Source: Basidiobolus meristosporus CBS 931.73 (taxonomy: Eukaryota > Fungi > Basidiobolomycota). From it: a stretch of 64,000 nt of DNA. This document shows, one piece after another, positions 13,300-27,400 of the stretch. The DNA lies in NCBI GenBank assembly GCA_002104905.1, contig MCFE01000366.1, forward strand, positions 22,949 through 86,948, read 5' to 3'. The number at the start of each line of letters is the position of its first letter. Position 1 is the first letter of the stretch. The translations under genes were made by a program, and so were the position numbers. The notes beneath the pieces are model-generated. The model was given only the letters and a program-made list of their open reading frames with translations. It did no database searches and had not been told where the DNA came from.

Positions 13300-13560
13300 C
13301 ATGATTGCAACATCACAAACACTTAAAACAGGCTAACAAAGTTCTCAAAAACATGTGTTCAAAGCTGGGGGCTGCTTGGACAACTTTGAGAATTTTCACA
13401 TTCTGGGTACCTGTTATTTTGGTGCAAATATTCCAAGCTAATCATGACAAGGAATTTGGTCAGTATTCTCTAGGATCTGAAGGTAATGATCTAAGTGACT
13501 AAGTTAGATGAATGTTTAGGTGGGTCACAAGTTCTTACAACAGATATGCCAGTTGCTTTG
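13300..13560 (+). pseudogene. Decayed coding fragment of an unidentified repeat family (homologous to 32160-32460 minus)
   Basis: Translates GCLDNFENFHILGT...NIPS*S*QGIW versus GCLDDSEMLLVLGT...NIPSESRQRIW at 32.2-32.4 kb. Confidence 0.6.
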
Positions 13561-13689
13561 ATCAATGCCAATTTGATGTATACCTATTTTATGCTAAAAT
13601 ACAAACTCTCATTTGGTACCACACCTGTTTACACAACTGTATAAATTGATGGTTATTTCATTGGAGTGTATAAAGTTGTAATTGGTAGC

Positions 13690-16400
13690 CAGAAAATATT
13701 AGACACAAGTATAATTCCCTGTTGTTGTAATAAAAAGTAGTTGCTTGTGCACCCAACCTAGCCTTGCATAGCTTAACTGGTCACCAACACATTGGGTTGC
13801 TTAGCTTCTTAATTCCATAGGCATAGTCGTCTCTAAGTAAATGTATGTTCTCAGTATTTTCTAACTCTTCCTGGCTGTCTTCCATGTGCTAATTCATCAC
13901 ATCCATGACAGACTTGAAGGTAATATTCTTGATGAGATTGGGATATGGTGGTATCTGCAACTTGACTTTTCTTCCTAACTTCCCACACATCTGCTCCATA
14001 GGATATTCCCAAAAGGAGAAGGCAGGCCCAATATTCTCCACACATTGTGCAAGATGGAGTAGAGGATGGATACAGTAGAGGCAGAGATCTGTAATTCAGC
14101 TTTTCCTTTTGATATGGCTGGTCAATTACCATCACATGCTTATTGAATAGAAGCTGTAATTGTGTGAAGATTGCATTGGTAATTTGCTTTTGGATAAATA
14201 TACCTACAATGTCCACATATAACTTCCAATGCTTCCATCTCATCCTGCCTGTCCTCCATTTACTAACTTATCACATATATGATAGATATGAAGGTAATAT
14301 CTTTAATAAGACTGGAAAATGCTGGTACCTGCAATTTGACTAGTCCACCTATTGGCCTTCACATCTACTCTATGGGAAACCCATACTAGGTGAAGCATGG
14401 ACCCATATTCTCCACACATCTAGCCACATGGAGTAGTGAATGAATACTTTGGCAGTTGAGATCTTTGCATTCAGCTTTATGGTTATAGTATTGCTGCTCA
14501 AATCCTGTCACAAACACCTGGCCCAAAAGCTGTAGATGCAGCAAGTTGGTATTGGTAGTCTGCTTCCTACAATTTCAGCACATGTCTCTTAATGCTTCAA
14601 ATGTACTTTTGGTAGCAATGGCTTCAAAAAGTCAAGTCCTTGCATACATATTGTTTCATATGCATATGAATATTGATTGGAGCCTATGAGAAGAGCTTTG
14701 TGTAGCAGATATTCAGTAATACCATGTCAATTATTTCAAATTTCTCCAGCATCCCAAAGGGCTCATTTTGGTTGAAATGCTCCATGTACAATTTGGTCAT
14801 TAGTATAGGGGTATTGTCAAAAAAAAAATTCATTGCCCCTAGTAGAAAGCCTTTGCTCCAACAAATGCCCTCTATCTCAAGTATCTTTGGTATCCAGTTA
14901 ACTCCATTTTCTGGCCAATGGCTTATAGCTTGCCAGCTTTGCAGCAATTGAATGCTTACTTGGTTATGTTCTCTCTGTGGAAAGACAATTTTCTTAGTGT
15001 GGTTGTTTAGATAATAATAATATGTTTAATTTATGGATTTAATCCCCTGGATTAGAAACTTTTGACAGTAATACTAGCCATTGTGTCCAGGAAAGCTAGC
15101 TATCTTGCTGAAGCCATTGGTATCACCAGTGCAGACAATGATATGCACTTTTATGTTATGGTCATTGACCAGTATTCTTCTGGAAAGCACACAAAACTCA
15201 TCCAGCAATGTATAGAGGTATCTATACTGCTATGATGGAGATTTAAGCCCAGATACCAGTGAGACTATCATTAGATATCTTCTCTGACACTGTAAAATAG
15301 ACAGCAAATGCAGGTGGATGAGGGTCAGCATCCTGCAGGATATGTTGGTGGAGTACTTTTTCAATGAGAATCTACCAGGTGCCAAGGTAAAGGCATTGCC
15401 AGACATAGCATTAAAGCAGCTCTTGCTTCATACTCTCTTGTAATGTTTGTCAATGAATATATTGGAATTCTTTTCACCTGGTCAATACTGAATGTACTAT
15501 TATATAGCTTCACAGTGCTTGTTGGACTGCATGAGCTTCTTTAAATGGGGTATTACTGGAATATATTCAGAGTGTGAACATTGTTCCTCCTATTGTAGAG
15601 GACTGATGGCAAGTTGGACAACTTTCAATGGTGGCATTTTCTGATGTGAGTGCCATGCAACTGCTATCACAAGACAGTCTCAGGGTCATATGATGCCAGC
15701 CACATGATGGTTGTCCATTTGTACCTTGGACATGAAAAGCTGAATCCTGGTAAGCTTTTGGCAAGTAGTAGTAGTTAATCCTTAAAACCCCCATGTCTGG
15801 TATTAATGCAAACACTCCACTTCTCCAGCCATACCATCTTATCATTCACCAGTAAATGAATTACAGGGCTCACTTGGCTCCATAAAGAATTGCTGGTATT
15901 TTTTCCATGGGTGTAGTCTCAATACATGTTGGCACTCTTTTGGGCTCATGCAGGGTACTGTTGCAAGGAGCAATATGCTCACAATTTGTTGGTGGCCTTC
16001 TTCCTCAGAGCTATCACCCTGCTTACCATATTCAGAAGGCTGAGGTGAGTGCAATGATACCATAAGCTCACCTGACTCAATTTGTGCAATACAACAAGTA
16101 CAGCAAGGTGCTATTAGAGATGTATCAAGCAGTTAGCAAAATACTGTTAGTACAGTAGTGAGTGATGAGTGGTCAAATATGACTAGTGTTGAAAAACACT
16201 GGCATATATCCTTGTAATATATCCAATACTTTTTGAATGCTCAATGGATTAAAACCTGTTAAAATAGCCCCATTGACTTTTTTCTCTCATCTTACTTATT
16301 GAATCAAAGTAGTCATCTCCATAGGGCAAACAACTTAACCCTCAACAACATAACATTATTATATCATTTTTTTGTCAATTCATATGTGAGTTCAATGCAG
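13690..16400 (-). mobile_element. Degenerate CMC/EnSpm-like transposon copy 2
   Basis: Colinear similarity with copies 1 and 3 (e.g. LYVDIVGIFIQKQITNA, WPENGVNWIPKILEIEGICWSK). Heavily mutated. Confidence 0.75.
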
Positions 16401-16571
16401 TCTTATATATGAGTCATCAGACTTGTTCTGTTAGATAGTGCTACATTGAGCCATGAGTGTCAAATAGTGCCATTGCATGACAGAGAGGCATTACAGACCT
16501 AAACATGGCCACAGAGTGTGAAATATAGCACTTCATCTTCATGCAAAGCAGCCTATATGCTTCACCCATTT

Positions 16572-16657
16572 CACTGGTACCCTCTGGCACTATATTTAAA
16601 TATTAGCCCCAAAGTAAGACCTATACAAAGCACTTATGGTGCTAGATGGTACCAGTG
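16572..16657. repeat. 22-bp inverted repeat plus scattered ATAGTGCCA-like motifs (possible subterminal repeats)
   Basis: CACTGGTACCCTCTGGCACTAT (16572-16593) versus ATGGTGCTAGATGGTACCAGTG (16636-16657). Related motifs occur from ~16430 to ~16740. Confidence 0.55.
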
Positions 16658-16869
16658 GACCAAGATAGTGCCATGCATTAGTGTGACATGATACAAACCA
16701 CAGGAGCTTGATTCAGAGTGCCATGGGTATAGAGTACCAGATGCATGTTGTCAATTCTTGTGTGCTCTTACCCATTGTGCACAACATTGATCCAAAAAAA
16801 AGGTCAAAAAATGGATTTTCTCCGGTACAATACGTGAAACACAAGGGCTGCTTTGCATTGAGATGAAGC

Positions 16870-18970
16870 ACTATGTTTCACACACAAGGGCTGCTTTGCC
16901 TATAGATGAAGCATTGTAAGCATCTTGGAGATATTGCAAGTGATTTAGAGTGTACAGCATATGCCAAGAAATTGCCCAGATATCAGTCAAAATCTGAGCC
17001 AAAAAGTGTGAAATGCATACTTTTGGGCTACAGCCATCAGAGTAAAGCATACAGACTCTACAATTCAAAAGCCAAGAAGCTAGACAAGTCAAGGAACATG
17101 TTGTTTGAGGAAAAATCAAAATACTTTGAAAAAATGACATTAGATGATTACAAAAATTCAATCTCAAGTCCACCAATTGTCAGAGTTGATCCACAGCAAA
17201 ACAATGAGATTTTTTTATTCCAGTGGACTCTACAACCATGGTTCAGCCTGAATCAGTGCCCAGGCATACCACAGAAATGATCATTCCAGTATCAAATGCC
17301 TGGAGATCCAACTGTACCAGAGACAGCCTAAATTATTATATCAATTATGGTACAAACTGAGCCAATGCCTATTCAGTCCATATTAATGAGCCCTAGACTG
17401 TAAAAGAGGCCCTAAATAGCCCTTTGACAATTTTTGGAGATCTGCAATGACTGAGGAATATCAAGTCCCAGTGGCATCTCAGACTTGAGACTTAGTCAAT
17501 TTACCACTCAGCAAAAAACCAATTGGAAGCAGATGGGTCTTTAAGACAAAATAAAAGGCTGATGGTACAATTGAAAGATACTGAGCAAGACTTGTGGCCA
17601 AAGAATACTCTCAAACAAAAGGACTTGACTTTACAGAGACCTTAGCACTGTTATCCAAGTTTAATTATATCAGATTGATGTTGGCTGTTGTAGCCAAATA
17701 TAAGTATTTTAAACATCAAATGGATGTATAAGCTGCATTCTGAATGAATAACTTGATGAGGATGTGTATTAGGACCTGTCTGTATGAATTTGTTGACCAA
17801 GATAACCCCCACTTGGTCTGCAAGCTTAAAAAATCTCTGTATGGTCTCAAACAATCACCAACAGCCTGGATCTGTAAGGTAGACATGTGTTTGAAATCTT
17901 TGAGTTTCAAAAGGAGTAAAGCTGATTATAGTATATACAATAGCCAGATAGAGCAAATCCAATTCTATTAGCTCTATATGTGTATGATCTTATTATAGCT
18001 GCAAACAACCTCAACACATTGCAGGAGACTAAATCCATCCTATCTCAAGAGTTCAAGATGTCCAACATAGGAGAACTCAGTTACTACTTAGGGATAAAGT
18101 TCTCCATAGACTGAAGTACCTAGACTATCACCCCAAGCCAATCCAAGTATACTCAAGATATACTAAAGAAGTATCAAATGGAAGACTGTAAACCAGCAGC
18201 TACCCCAATGGAGACAAACCTTAACTTGGTCAAAACGCAACCCAAATCAAGAGAGCTTAGTGCCATCTGAAAGCCCTAACTGTCCCTATCAGTCAATGGT
18301 TGGCAGTCTGACGTATATTATGCTTGGAGTACATCCAGATAGCTCATATTCAGTGGGAGCTGTCAGCCAGCATAATCAGAACTACGGATCTGATCATATT
18401 GCAGCAATTAAGCCAATTATTTAATACCTAAAGGGAACTGCTGTTATCTGCTTAGGATACTCTTGTAAGGACTCAGAACAGAATCTTGTGGGATACTCTG
18501 ATGCTGCTTAGGGACCAAATTTGAAAGGCAGAAGATCCACCACAGGATGCACCTTTCTTTACTGTCAAAGAGCAATTTCATGGAATTCAAGAAAGCAAAC
18601 AACCAGAGCACTTTCCTTCACAAAGGCAGAGTATATGGCAGCCTGTAAGTTACAAAAGCAACAATATGGTTAAGAAAGCTTTTTGCAGATTTAGGCTTAT
18701 GTCAAAAAACTCCTATTCCTTTATTTCAAGAAAATCAAGGATGTGTACAGTTAGGTAGAAGTCCAAATTTTCATGCTAGATCTAGGCGCATAGATAATGG
18801 ACATCATTTCATACATTAAGCAGTAGAGAATAACTTTGTTGGCTTAGTTTACTGTGCTTCAGATAAAATGATACAGACATATTTACCAAGTCATTTGCTA
18901 GAGACAAGTCTGAATACCTTAGGTCAGAATTAGGATTAGTCAGTATTAACATTTAGCTGAGTGCAAGTGA
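16870..18970 (+). mobile_element. Ty1/copia pol relic (integrase tail, RT, RNaseH)
   Basis: KCILLGYSHQSKAYRLYN...SRNMLFEE; CKLKKSLYGLKQSPTAW; GYSDA...RSTTG...ISWNSRKQ. Many stops. Confidence 0.88.
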
Positions 18971-19189
18971 TGTGAAAATTTGTAATTCCACCTATATATT
19001 CACGTAGCGTAGTTACCTAGATCATTAATTCTTCTGAAGCTATGTCTACCTGGAGTACATTGAAAGCATTAAGGGCATATGTTAGCACTGTAGGAAGTAG
19101 ATTGCCAATGCCAATTTGCTGCATCTACCGCTTTAATTCCAGGAGTTTGTTGGAGGATTTGCGCAGCTATAAAAGAAGAATCAAGATCT

Positions 19190-22100
19190 CTGCTGACATT
19201 GTATCCATTCCCTAATCTATCTTACTTGGTGTATGGAAAATGCTGGGCCTTGTTTCACTTTTATGGGTTTTCTATGAACCAACTAAAACTACATCCCAAG
19301 AAGTGCCATTTCCTGTATACAAAATTGTTCTTCCTGGGCCACAAGATCTTGGCAGATGGGATATACCCATCCACTTCATTCCTAAATGCCGCTCATGATA
19401 CACCTGCACCAAAGGATATCAGTGCAGTGTTGGGATTCCTGGGATTAGCTGGCTACTCTTGCTGCTTTTTCAAAACTTTGTCACAATAGCAGCCCCCCTG
19501 TACAAACTGACATAAAAAGGTCAGTGTTTTGTGTGGTTGGAGCCTCAAAAGAGAGCTGTTGTGTTGTATTATGATTAGTTTGGGGCTTGTTCTACAATGT
19601 AGAGGCTAATCAACAATATACAACAACTTCCAGTATGTTAATACTGAAATAGTCTATTGGGAGTTTGATATACCAATAGAAGATATAACGTGCACTAATT
19701 TCCTCAATCTTAGGCTCAAAATATACTGTAGGCAGTGTTTATCACTTCTACAGCAGTGTTCTGACCTTCTGTCAACTAATGGGCTTATTTACTTTTATAG
19801 TAACTTTTCCTTATTTGGAGGTCACATTCCTTTCTGAGAAGATATTTCCTAATATGGAAATTTTGAACTCCCCTTTAACCTAAAGGGGTGTGTTGTAGAA
19901 GTCTCTAAAGGGGTCTTTTGGCCTAAAGGGGCATCTAAAGGGGTGTCTTTAGAGTAAAGGGGCTTCTTGTAGTGGTCTCTAAAGTGGGCTTTACACTAAA
20001 GGGGTGTCTGAAGGAGTGTCTTTAGAGTAAAGGGGTTTCTTAGAGAGGACTTTTCCAACAGAAAAGTGGTAGTTTCTTGTAGATCTAGATTGGATTCTTG
20101 TGAGCTTTGTAGTCTCTTTAGTGATGTATTAGCAATCAAAGTCAGAATACTCAACAGTGCAAGTGATGCACGGGAAGTCTTACAACTGTTAAACTTGTAA
20201 TTGTAGTGTGGAGATTCTGGAAAGAGAGGCTCTCTCTGTATTTTTTCAGCTGGGGAAGTCATATATATGAAAATCTTGCAGGATCAAAGTTTTTGGGCAA
20301 TGCGCAAGCAATACACATGATACAAAGCTAAAATGCTGCAGTGGCGCAGATCGGACATAGGCTCAGCACCTGTGAAAATTTCACGTGTTTTAATTGGCTT
20401 GTTCAAAAGTTACATGCAATCAAAGTCACCATAGTAATCCTAGTAATAAGGCATAGTATATATAATAATTGGACTCTTTTGGTCATAACTCCTTAGGTAC
20501 TGTTTCAAATGAGCTGTCATTTGAAACATGTGTTGGCTACTATGTGTTCTGCATGACATTATATTCTTAGGTGGATTGCTTCTCAGGGTCTGGAGCATTT
20601 GTTCTTCAGAGTTGGAAATTCTTGATCTTTCACTTGTGTGTTACAATAGCAAAAAGCAAAATAAAGAAATGAGTGCAATATTGGTTTAGAGATATTGTAG
20701 TAATGGAGTACTTTTCATTACCACAGAGCATTTGATCAGCTGAAACATTCCCTGACATCACCGCCAGTGTTACATTTTCTCAATTGAGATGCGAGATTTT
20801 TTATTAACTGTGATGGAAGTATCACCAGTATAGGCACCATACTGGGACAATACTACCAGCCTGGTGAATCCCACCAGATTGGTTACATGAGCCATTTGCT
20901 AAACAAACACAAACATCACTACTCTGTTACCAAGATAGAATGTCTGGCTGTTATTGATTCAATTAAGCAAATCCATACATACATATATACATGGTTGCCA
21001 ATACATAATATTAATGGACCATAGCACACTGGTCTGGCTGATGAAAACCAAAGACTTTACTGGTTGACTAGCACATTGGACTGTCCAACTACAAGAATAC
21101 AACTTCAAAATAATTCATTGCACTGGGAAGGAGCACCCAAACACAGGCTTCCTCAGTTGCTATCCTGTTTGCCAAGTACACATCAGCAATGACTACAAGG
21201 ATGTTATCTGTGTCAAAAGAAGGGGGAGGTACCCCAAACATGTTGTTACAAACAAGCAGAAGAGACACTCTTGAAGGAAATGGTGTCAGTACAAACCAGA
21301 AGAAAACCAAGTATGGTTCCTCCAAGGAGAATTCAGAGTCAAGGTACCCGCAGTGATTACCTGCAAAGAAATCATACAAGAAAGACATATGTCATTAGGA
21401 CATGCTAACCTCCTAACAACACATGGTATGTCAAGAAAGACATTTTATTGGAAAAAAATGTTGACTGACATCACAAATATGTTAAAAAAATGCTCCACCT
21501 GCAAATGATTTAACAAGAGTCCAAAGATAGGGATAACAGCACCAATACTGGTTGGCCTACCCTTCCACTGGGTAGGGATTGACTTTGCTGGCCCCTTTAT
21601 GAAAAAAAAGAAAGGAGAACAATATGTAATAGTTGCTACCAATTATTTCTCAAAGTGGGTAGAAGCCCAAGCCATTTGAAGTAAAGATCATAAGATAACC
21701 ACCTGGTTCATTCTATAACACCTCATATTCCGGCACAGATATCCTCAAATACACCTGTCCAACAATGGTGGTTCCTACCTGAGCACACTGTGGCTCATTT
21801 GTGCAAAATGATGGGAATGAAACAGGTCTTCATAGCCATGTATCACCCCCAGACTAACAGATTAACCAAGTGGATGAACCAGATGTGTTGCTGCATCCTA
21901 GAGAAGCTTCACTGAGAACTTCCCCAGTCATGGGCCAAGCTGCTCCAACTGATGTTCCTGGTAATGCGTACAATACCAATTAAACAACAGGTTTCTCCCT
22001 GTACTAAGTTTTGTGTGGACAAAGGCCCAAGTGGCATGAAGAAGCTGAATTGACAATGGAAGGTGTCCTCTTGACAACACAAAACAACTATATAGAAAGG

Positions 22101-22420
22101 TTGATACACTGTATTGCCCACCTATACATAAAAGTATTTAAAGTGTTGACAAGCACCTTCCCCCTCAACTCAAATATGAGATACTAACAGCACAAAAGTG
22201 GAAACCAGGCAATAAGGTGTGGTACAACAAAACTGTTGCAGGCCTCAAGTTTTGCCTGCAATTTACACCCCTATGGATTGGCCCTTACATCATTATTAGT
22301 TTGGACCATGGGCCAAAGTACACCATCACTCTGAACAATAAGACAATCAGCAACATAGCACCAGCCCATCTGAAACTGTTTTATGATGACTCATCAATCA
22401 TCACTGAAACCAAAGTGTGA
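19190..22420 (+). mobile_element. Ty3/gypsy pol relic (RT end, RNaseH, integrase), interrupted by an insertion
   Basis: LKLHPKKCHF...FLGH, FLGLAGY, FINCDGS, VGIDFAGP, YHPQTN, PLWIGPY motifs, with stops. Confidence 0.85.
19557..20725. mobile_element. 1169-bp LTR-like insertion (large solo LTR or non-autonomous element)
   Basis: Termini TGTTGT...ACCACA; 4-bp TSD GAGC (19553-19556, 20726-20729). Removal restores EPQKRA-FDQLKHSLTSPPVL. Confidence 0.85.
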
Positions 22421-24499
22421 TTAAATAATTATCAGGACAAGGATAGAGGAAGACACAGGATACACACAAAGTTTATTAGAGTAGATTTTGGCCAATATAT
22501 GTACAAATGATATGTGCAAGGAAGTTTGCCCAAAAGGGAGAGCAAAAGAATGCATATGGAAAGTGCCAAAGGAAACAGCTCACCCAAAACTGGTGATACC
22601 CCTCCCACCAGCAAGAATCAAGATGATATCAAAAATAAGACCAACCTGCTAAGTATTAAGAGATATGGTATAAGCTTTGCATGCAACAAGAGTCACTTAT
22701 GAAGAGTTCTTTGCCAGAGCAGTCATGCTGATACAAGACACAATCAGAGAGGGACAACATAAGTTACACACACCAATACAAAGTATGGAGACACTACCTA
22801 AGAAGAACGTGTACCACCTGAGAGGAGGCTCCTTGATCATTAAGGAGAAGGTCACCGCACTGCTTTGCATATCCATACTGGACACAGTCAGACAGAAGAC
22901 ACAAGGAATCAACTGCTGCACCCTCACAAGGCCTTGAGAGCCCCCCTGTTTTGTTGCATACTTGCCATTAATGGGTACCATGGTTGTTGAGGTATGCACA
23001 TACCTGGCACAAGCCACAGGAGCACCTGAAGTAGAACTCCTGATCAAAGAACTCCTCCACAAAATTTGCAAACATCTTGAACCGCATTTTCAAGAAGGAA
23101 TCATCCTAGAGAAGATACCCAAATGGATTAAATACACTGGCCAGTGTAACCCATGCAATCTGCCAAGTTGCCATGTTACAACTATCACAGTGGTTTACCA
23201 TAGGACCACTTGGGAACCAGTACAAAGTTCAACCGCAAGAAGCCAAAGAAACTGCTGCAGACTCTGTAGAAACCATGGGGCAAGTGCATAAGTGCCTCAA
23301 TTGCGCCACAGTCTCCACAGAAGAACTACAATATATCTTGAAAGAAGCAAAAACTTGTTATTGACAACAGGTGACTGCCAACCAAGTGTACACCCTCTTC
23401 AGAGGGCCCCTGCTGTAATGATGGACACATCAAGGACAGGCCCTGACAACATTTGCAAGATAGAGAAGTAAGACTTTATTGCATTATTGCACCTCTTCTT
23501 GTTCCCCAACCCCCCAAGGAACTTACCCAGAACCTTATGGTTTGTCAACTGTTTGTCTCTGTGGATAACATCCCTCAAGCAACACAAGCTGCACCCCACT
23601 CTGCCACCAAATGGTATCAGATACTTGCCTGTGACCCCCTTGCAAGTGACATCCAGCAATGGTACTATGGTGACTCCCCATGCTCTGTAAACAAAAATGA
23701 CCCTAGAGAAGTAAGTTAGTCAAAGAACTTTTAGGACAAAGCTCACTCTTAACCGCCAGGATATGTGTGTACTAAATGTAGCTCCCACTTTTTGCCCAAG
23801 AGCTCTCCCCAGTCACCTACCCACAGTCCCCCAGTATCCTCCCTATGAATCCCTCACACATCCTCCCTTCTATTCCTGCCCTTGTCTAGTTAGAGCACTA
23901 ACCATAACAGGAAGGTGTTCACATCCCCACTTTATAACACATTGTTTATTATCTAAGCCCTCCAAGTGACCTATATATCTAACTGAACCAAGTGAGAAGA
24001 CAACAAGATTTGGACAGAATAAACACAAGTCTTTATTACCTTGCTACCTTCTATTGGAAGCTATTCTGAACCAAGTGGTACTGACCTGACCTACAAGCTC
24101 TCCCATTCACCCAGTACAGTCAGTAATAACCCACATGGCAATGCAAAATTAAGAGTTCAATCTTTCCATTGTATTTTTTACCCAAGCCTAGCATATCTAG
24201 CACTCTCAGGAATACCATGCCTAGCCTTTGTAGTGAAGCAACTCCTTTGCCTTTATAGTCAAGCCCAGCTTTATCCATGACCAATATCAGACCAGAGCCT
24301 TTCTGCCAATATTTCCACCACTTGTTGATAATTTTAAGATTTTGAGCTTATTTGTCCCTTTAGTTCAGCTTACACTTTCTTTTGGATAAAACTCTCCTTT
24401 GTTACCCCTGTTCATGACATAAAGAGTTGGCTTCACCAGAGAGATCAACAATGGTAGGCACACTGGAGACACTTATGAAATGGAGAATATACGTAGAAC

Positions 24500-27400
24500 T
24501 GTATTGCTGTAGAATGGAAGTACCCCCCCATAAAAATAATTTGGTCCTGCATGTGGATCCAATCCATATCACCCATCAGGATCCTGTTTAGAGACTGTCA
24601 TAATACCAGCAGCTTGGAATTAGTGACCCTCTTGACAATCTTATGATAGGATCATGACGGTGTTTGCTAACTTTACTACCAAATAAAGGGATAAAACTTG
24701 ACAAGATTTGATTGGTGTTGTGACAATAATTGCATGGTATTGTTGCAGTCTTTTTGCATTCTACAACACTTTTATGTGTATGCAACCAGCCAAAACATCC
24801 AATTGCCTTATATGGCAAGAAACTTGAAGGTATTTTGATGGTCTTGCAGCAAGACTCTGATGGCAATACATTGGCAGTGTGACAGCCTACAGCTGGTTCT
24901 GTATAATACTACCATACCAACTTACTAAATGGCATTTCCGTTTTCTACCTCCCGTTGTGCAATTCATATATTCCACTGTAGAATCACCTTTCTTTATTTG
25001 CTTACCCACTACTACCTTGGGTATTCCATATATAGTTTGAATCAAAAGAAACTACGGCCTCCCACTTACCAACCTCTATAAACACACACACCTGCCGTAA
25101 TTGACATACTTCCAATTGCCTTATATGGCAAGAAACTTGACGGTATTTTGAAGGCCTCACAGTAAGACTCTGATGGTTTTTTCTTGGCAGTATGACCGCC
25201 TGCTACTGGTTCTGTATAATACTACCATACCAATTTACCAAATGGTATTTCCTTTTTCTACCTCCTGTTGTGCAATTCATATATTCCACTGTAGAATCAC
25301 CCCTCTTTATTTGCTTACCTACTACTACCTTGGGTATTCCACATATAGCTCAAATCAAAAGAACTATGGCCTCCTGCTTACTAACCTCTACAATCACGCA
25401 CACCTGCCACCATTGATGTACTTCTATCACCTCAACTTTTCAGCTTTTTAGTGTGGTACTTGCAAAGTTGCCTTATACCTTGTATTGCTGGTAAAATATA
25501 CATCTTGCAAACGTATGCTTGGTTGTTGCCACTTCTGCCATTAATACCTCCTGAATATCTGCAAAGAACTTCTGGGTATTTAGCCAATATATTCAAACAG
25601 TATATTTCTTCTCCCTGTTGAATTCTAGTCCCCCTTGTAGGTGCACTCTGGCTTTTGTTTGTGTGAATTCCGCATTGAATTGCGTAGAAGTTGGCTTGTG
25701 ACCAAGAGAAATCTGGCATACTACAGTAGAATTTTCCTAATAGAGTTAGTTGCTTATTGCACTTAACCCAACTCTGCATTACTTAACTGATTACCCACGC
25801 ATTGGGGCTGCTTAGCTTCTTAATGCCATAGGCATAGGTGTCTCCATGTGCACATTTGTCCTCAGTATTTTCCAACTCTTTCTGGCTGTTCTCCATATGC
25901 TAACTCATCACATTCATGACAAACTTGAAGATAATATTCTAGATGATATTAGGATTTGGTATTACCTACAACTTGACTTGTCTTCCTATCTCCCCACACA
26001 TCTGCTCCATAGGAAACTCACAAAAGGTGAGGCAAGGCCCAATATTCTCCACACACCAAGCAAGATGGAGTTGAGAATGAATACAGTAGCAGCAGAGATC
26101 TACACATGAAGCTTTATGTTTGTAGTATAGCCACTTAAATCCTGTTACAAACAAATATTTCTACAAAGTCCATATATGACTCCCAATGCTTCCAATGTAC
26201 TCTTGGTAGGAATGCCTTCAGAATGCCACATGAACAAATACATATCCAGTTCATCCAGTCTTTGCATTAGTATTGTTTTATATGCATATAATTATTAATT
26301 GGAGCCCATGAGAAATACTTGGGCTAGCAGATACTGTGTAATATCTTGCCAATTCTTTCAAATTTCTCTGGTATCTCAAAGGGCTCATTTAGCTTGAAAT
26401 GCCCCATGTACAACTTGGTCATCAGTATAGGGATATTGTTGAAAAGTAAATGCATTGCTCACAGTGGAAAGCTTTTGCTCCAACAGATACCCACTGTCTT
26501 AAGTATTGCTGGTTTCCAATTGATTCCATATTCTGGCCAATGGCTTACAGCTTGCCAACTCTGCTGCAATTGCATGCTGACTTCTGTTTGTTCCCTCTGT
26601 TGAAAGATGATGTTCTTAGTGCTGATGTTTGGGTAATGATATTCTGTGTGAGTTATAGAGTAAATCCCCTGGATCTCACATGTTTGACAGCAATACTGTC
26701 CATTGTGCCCAGAAAAACCTGCTATCTTGCAGATGGCTTGGGTATCTTGCATGCAGATAATAATATATGCTTTTACATGATGGCCATTTACTGTTATCCT
26801 GCTGAATGAATACAAAATTCATCCTGCAATGGATACAGGTAGCTATTCAGGTTGGACAGTGATTTAGGCCCAGATACCAGTGAGACAACCATCAGATTAT
26901 TGCTCTGATACTGTAAGATGGGCGGCAGTTTCAGATTGATGAGAATTAGTGGCTAGCAGGATTTGCTGGTAGAGTACCTGATTAATGAGAATCCATCAAG
27001 TGCTTAGGCAAAGGCACGGTCTTATATACCTTTAAAGGAGCCCTTGCTTCTTAGCTGTTTGCAATGTTTGCCATCAAGTATATTGGATATGTTTGCGCTT
27101 GATTGATACTGAGTGTGGTACTGTATAGCTTTGTAATATTTGTTAGACTGTTTCAGCTTCCTCAGACAGGGTATTACTGGAATACATCTGGAGTGTGTAC
27201 AATGTTTTCCCTCAATGATGGTGGATTACTGACAACATGGTCACATGGCAATGGTAGTATTATCAGATGTGAATGCCATGCTACTGTTAACACATGCCGG
27301 AATCTGGACAGTGTCTGGATCATATGTTGCCAGCCACATGATGGTTGTCCAATTGTACCATGTACATGATAAGTTGCATCCTGGTATGATTTTGGCAAGA

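Noticed and set aside
22430-24300. Extra ORF and 3' LTR of the gypsy relic
   Set aside because: Only short broken ORFs, and no matching partner LTR in the window.
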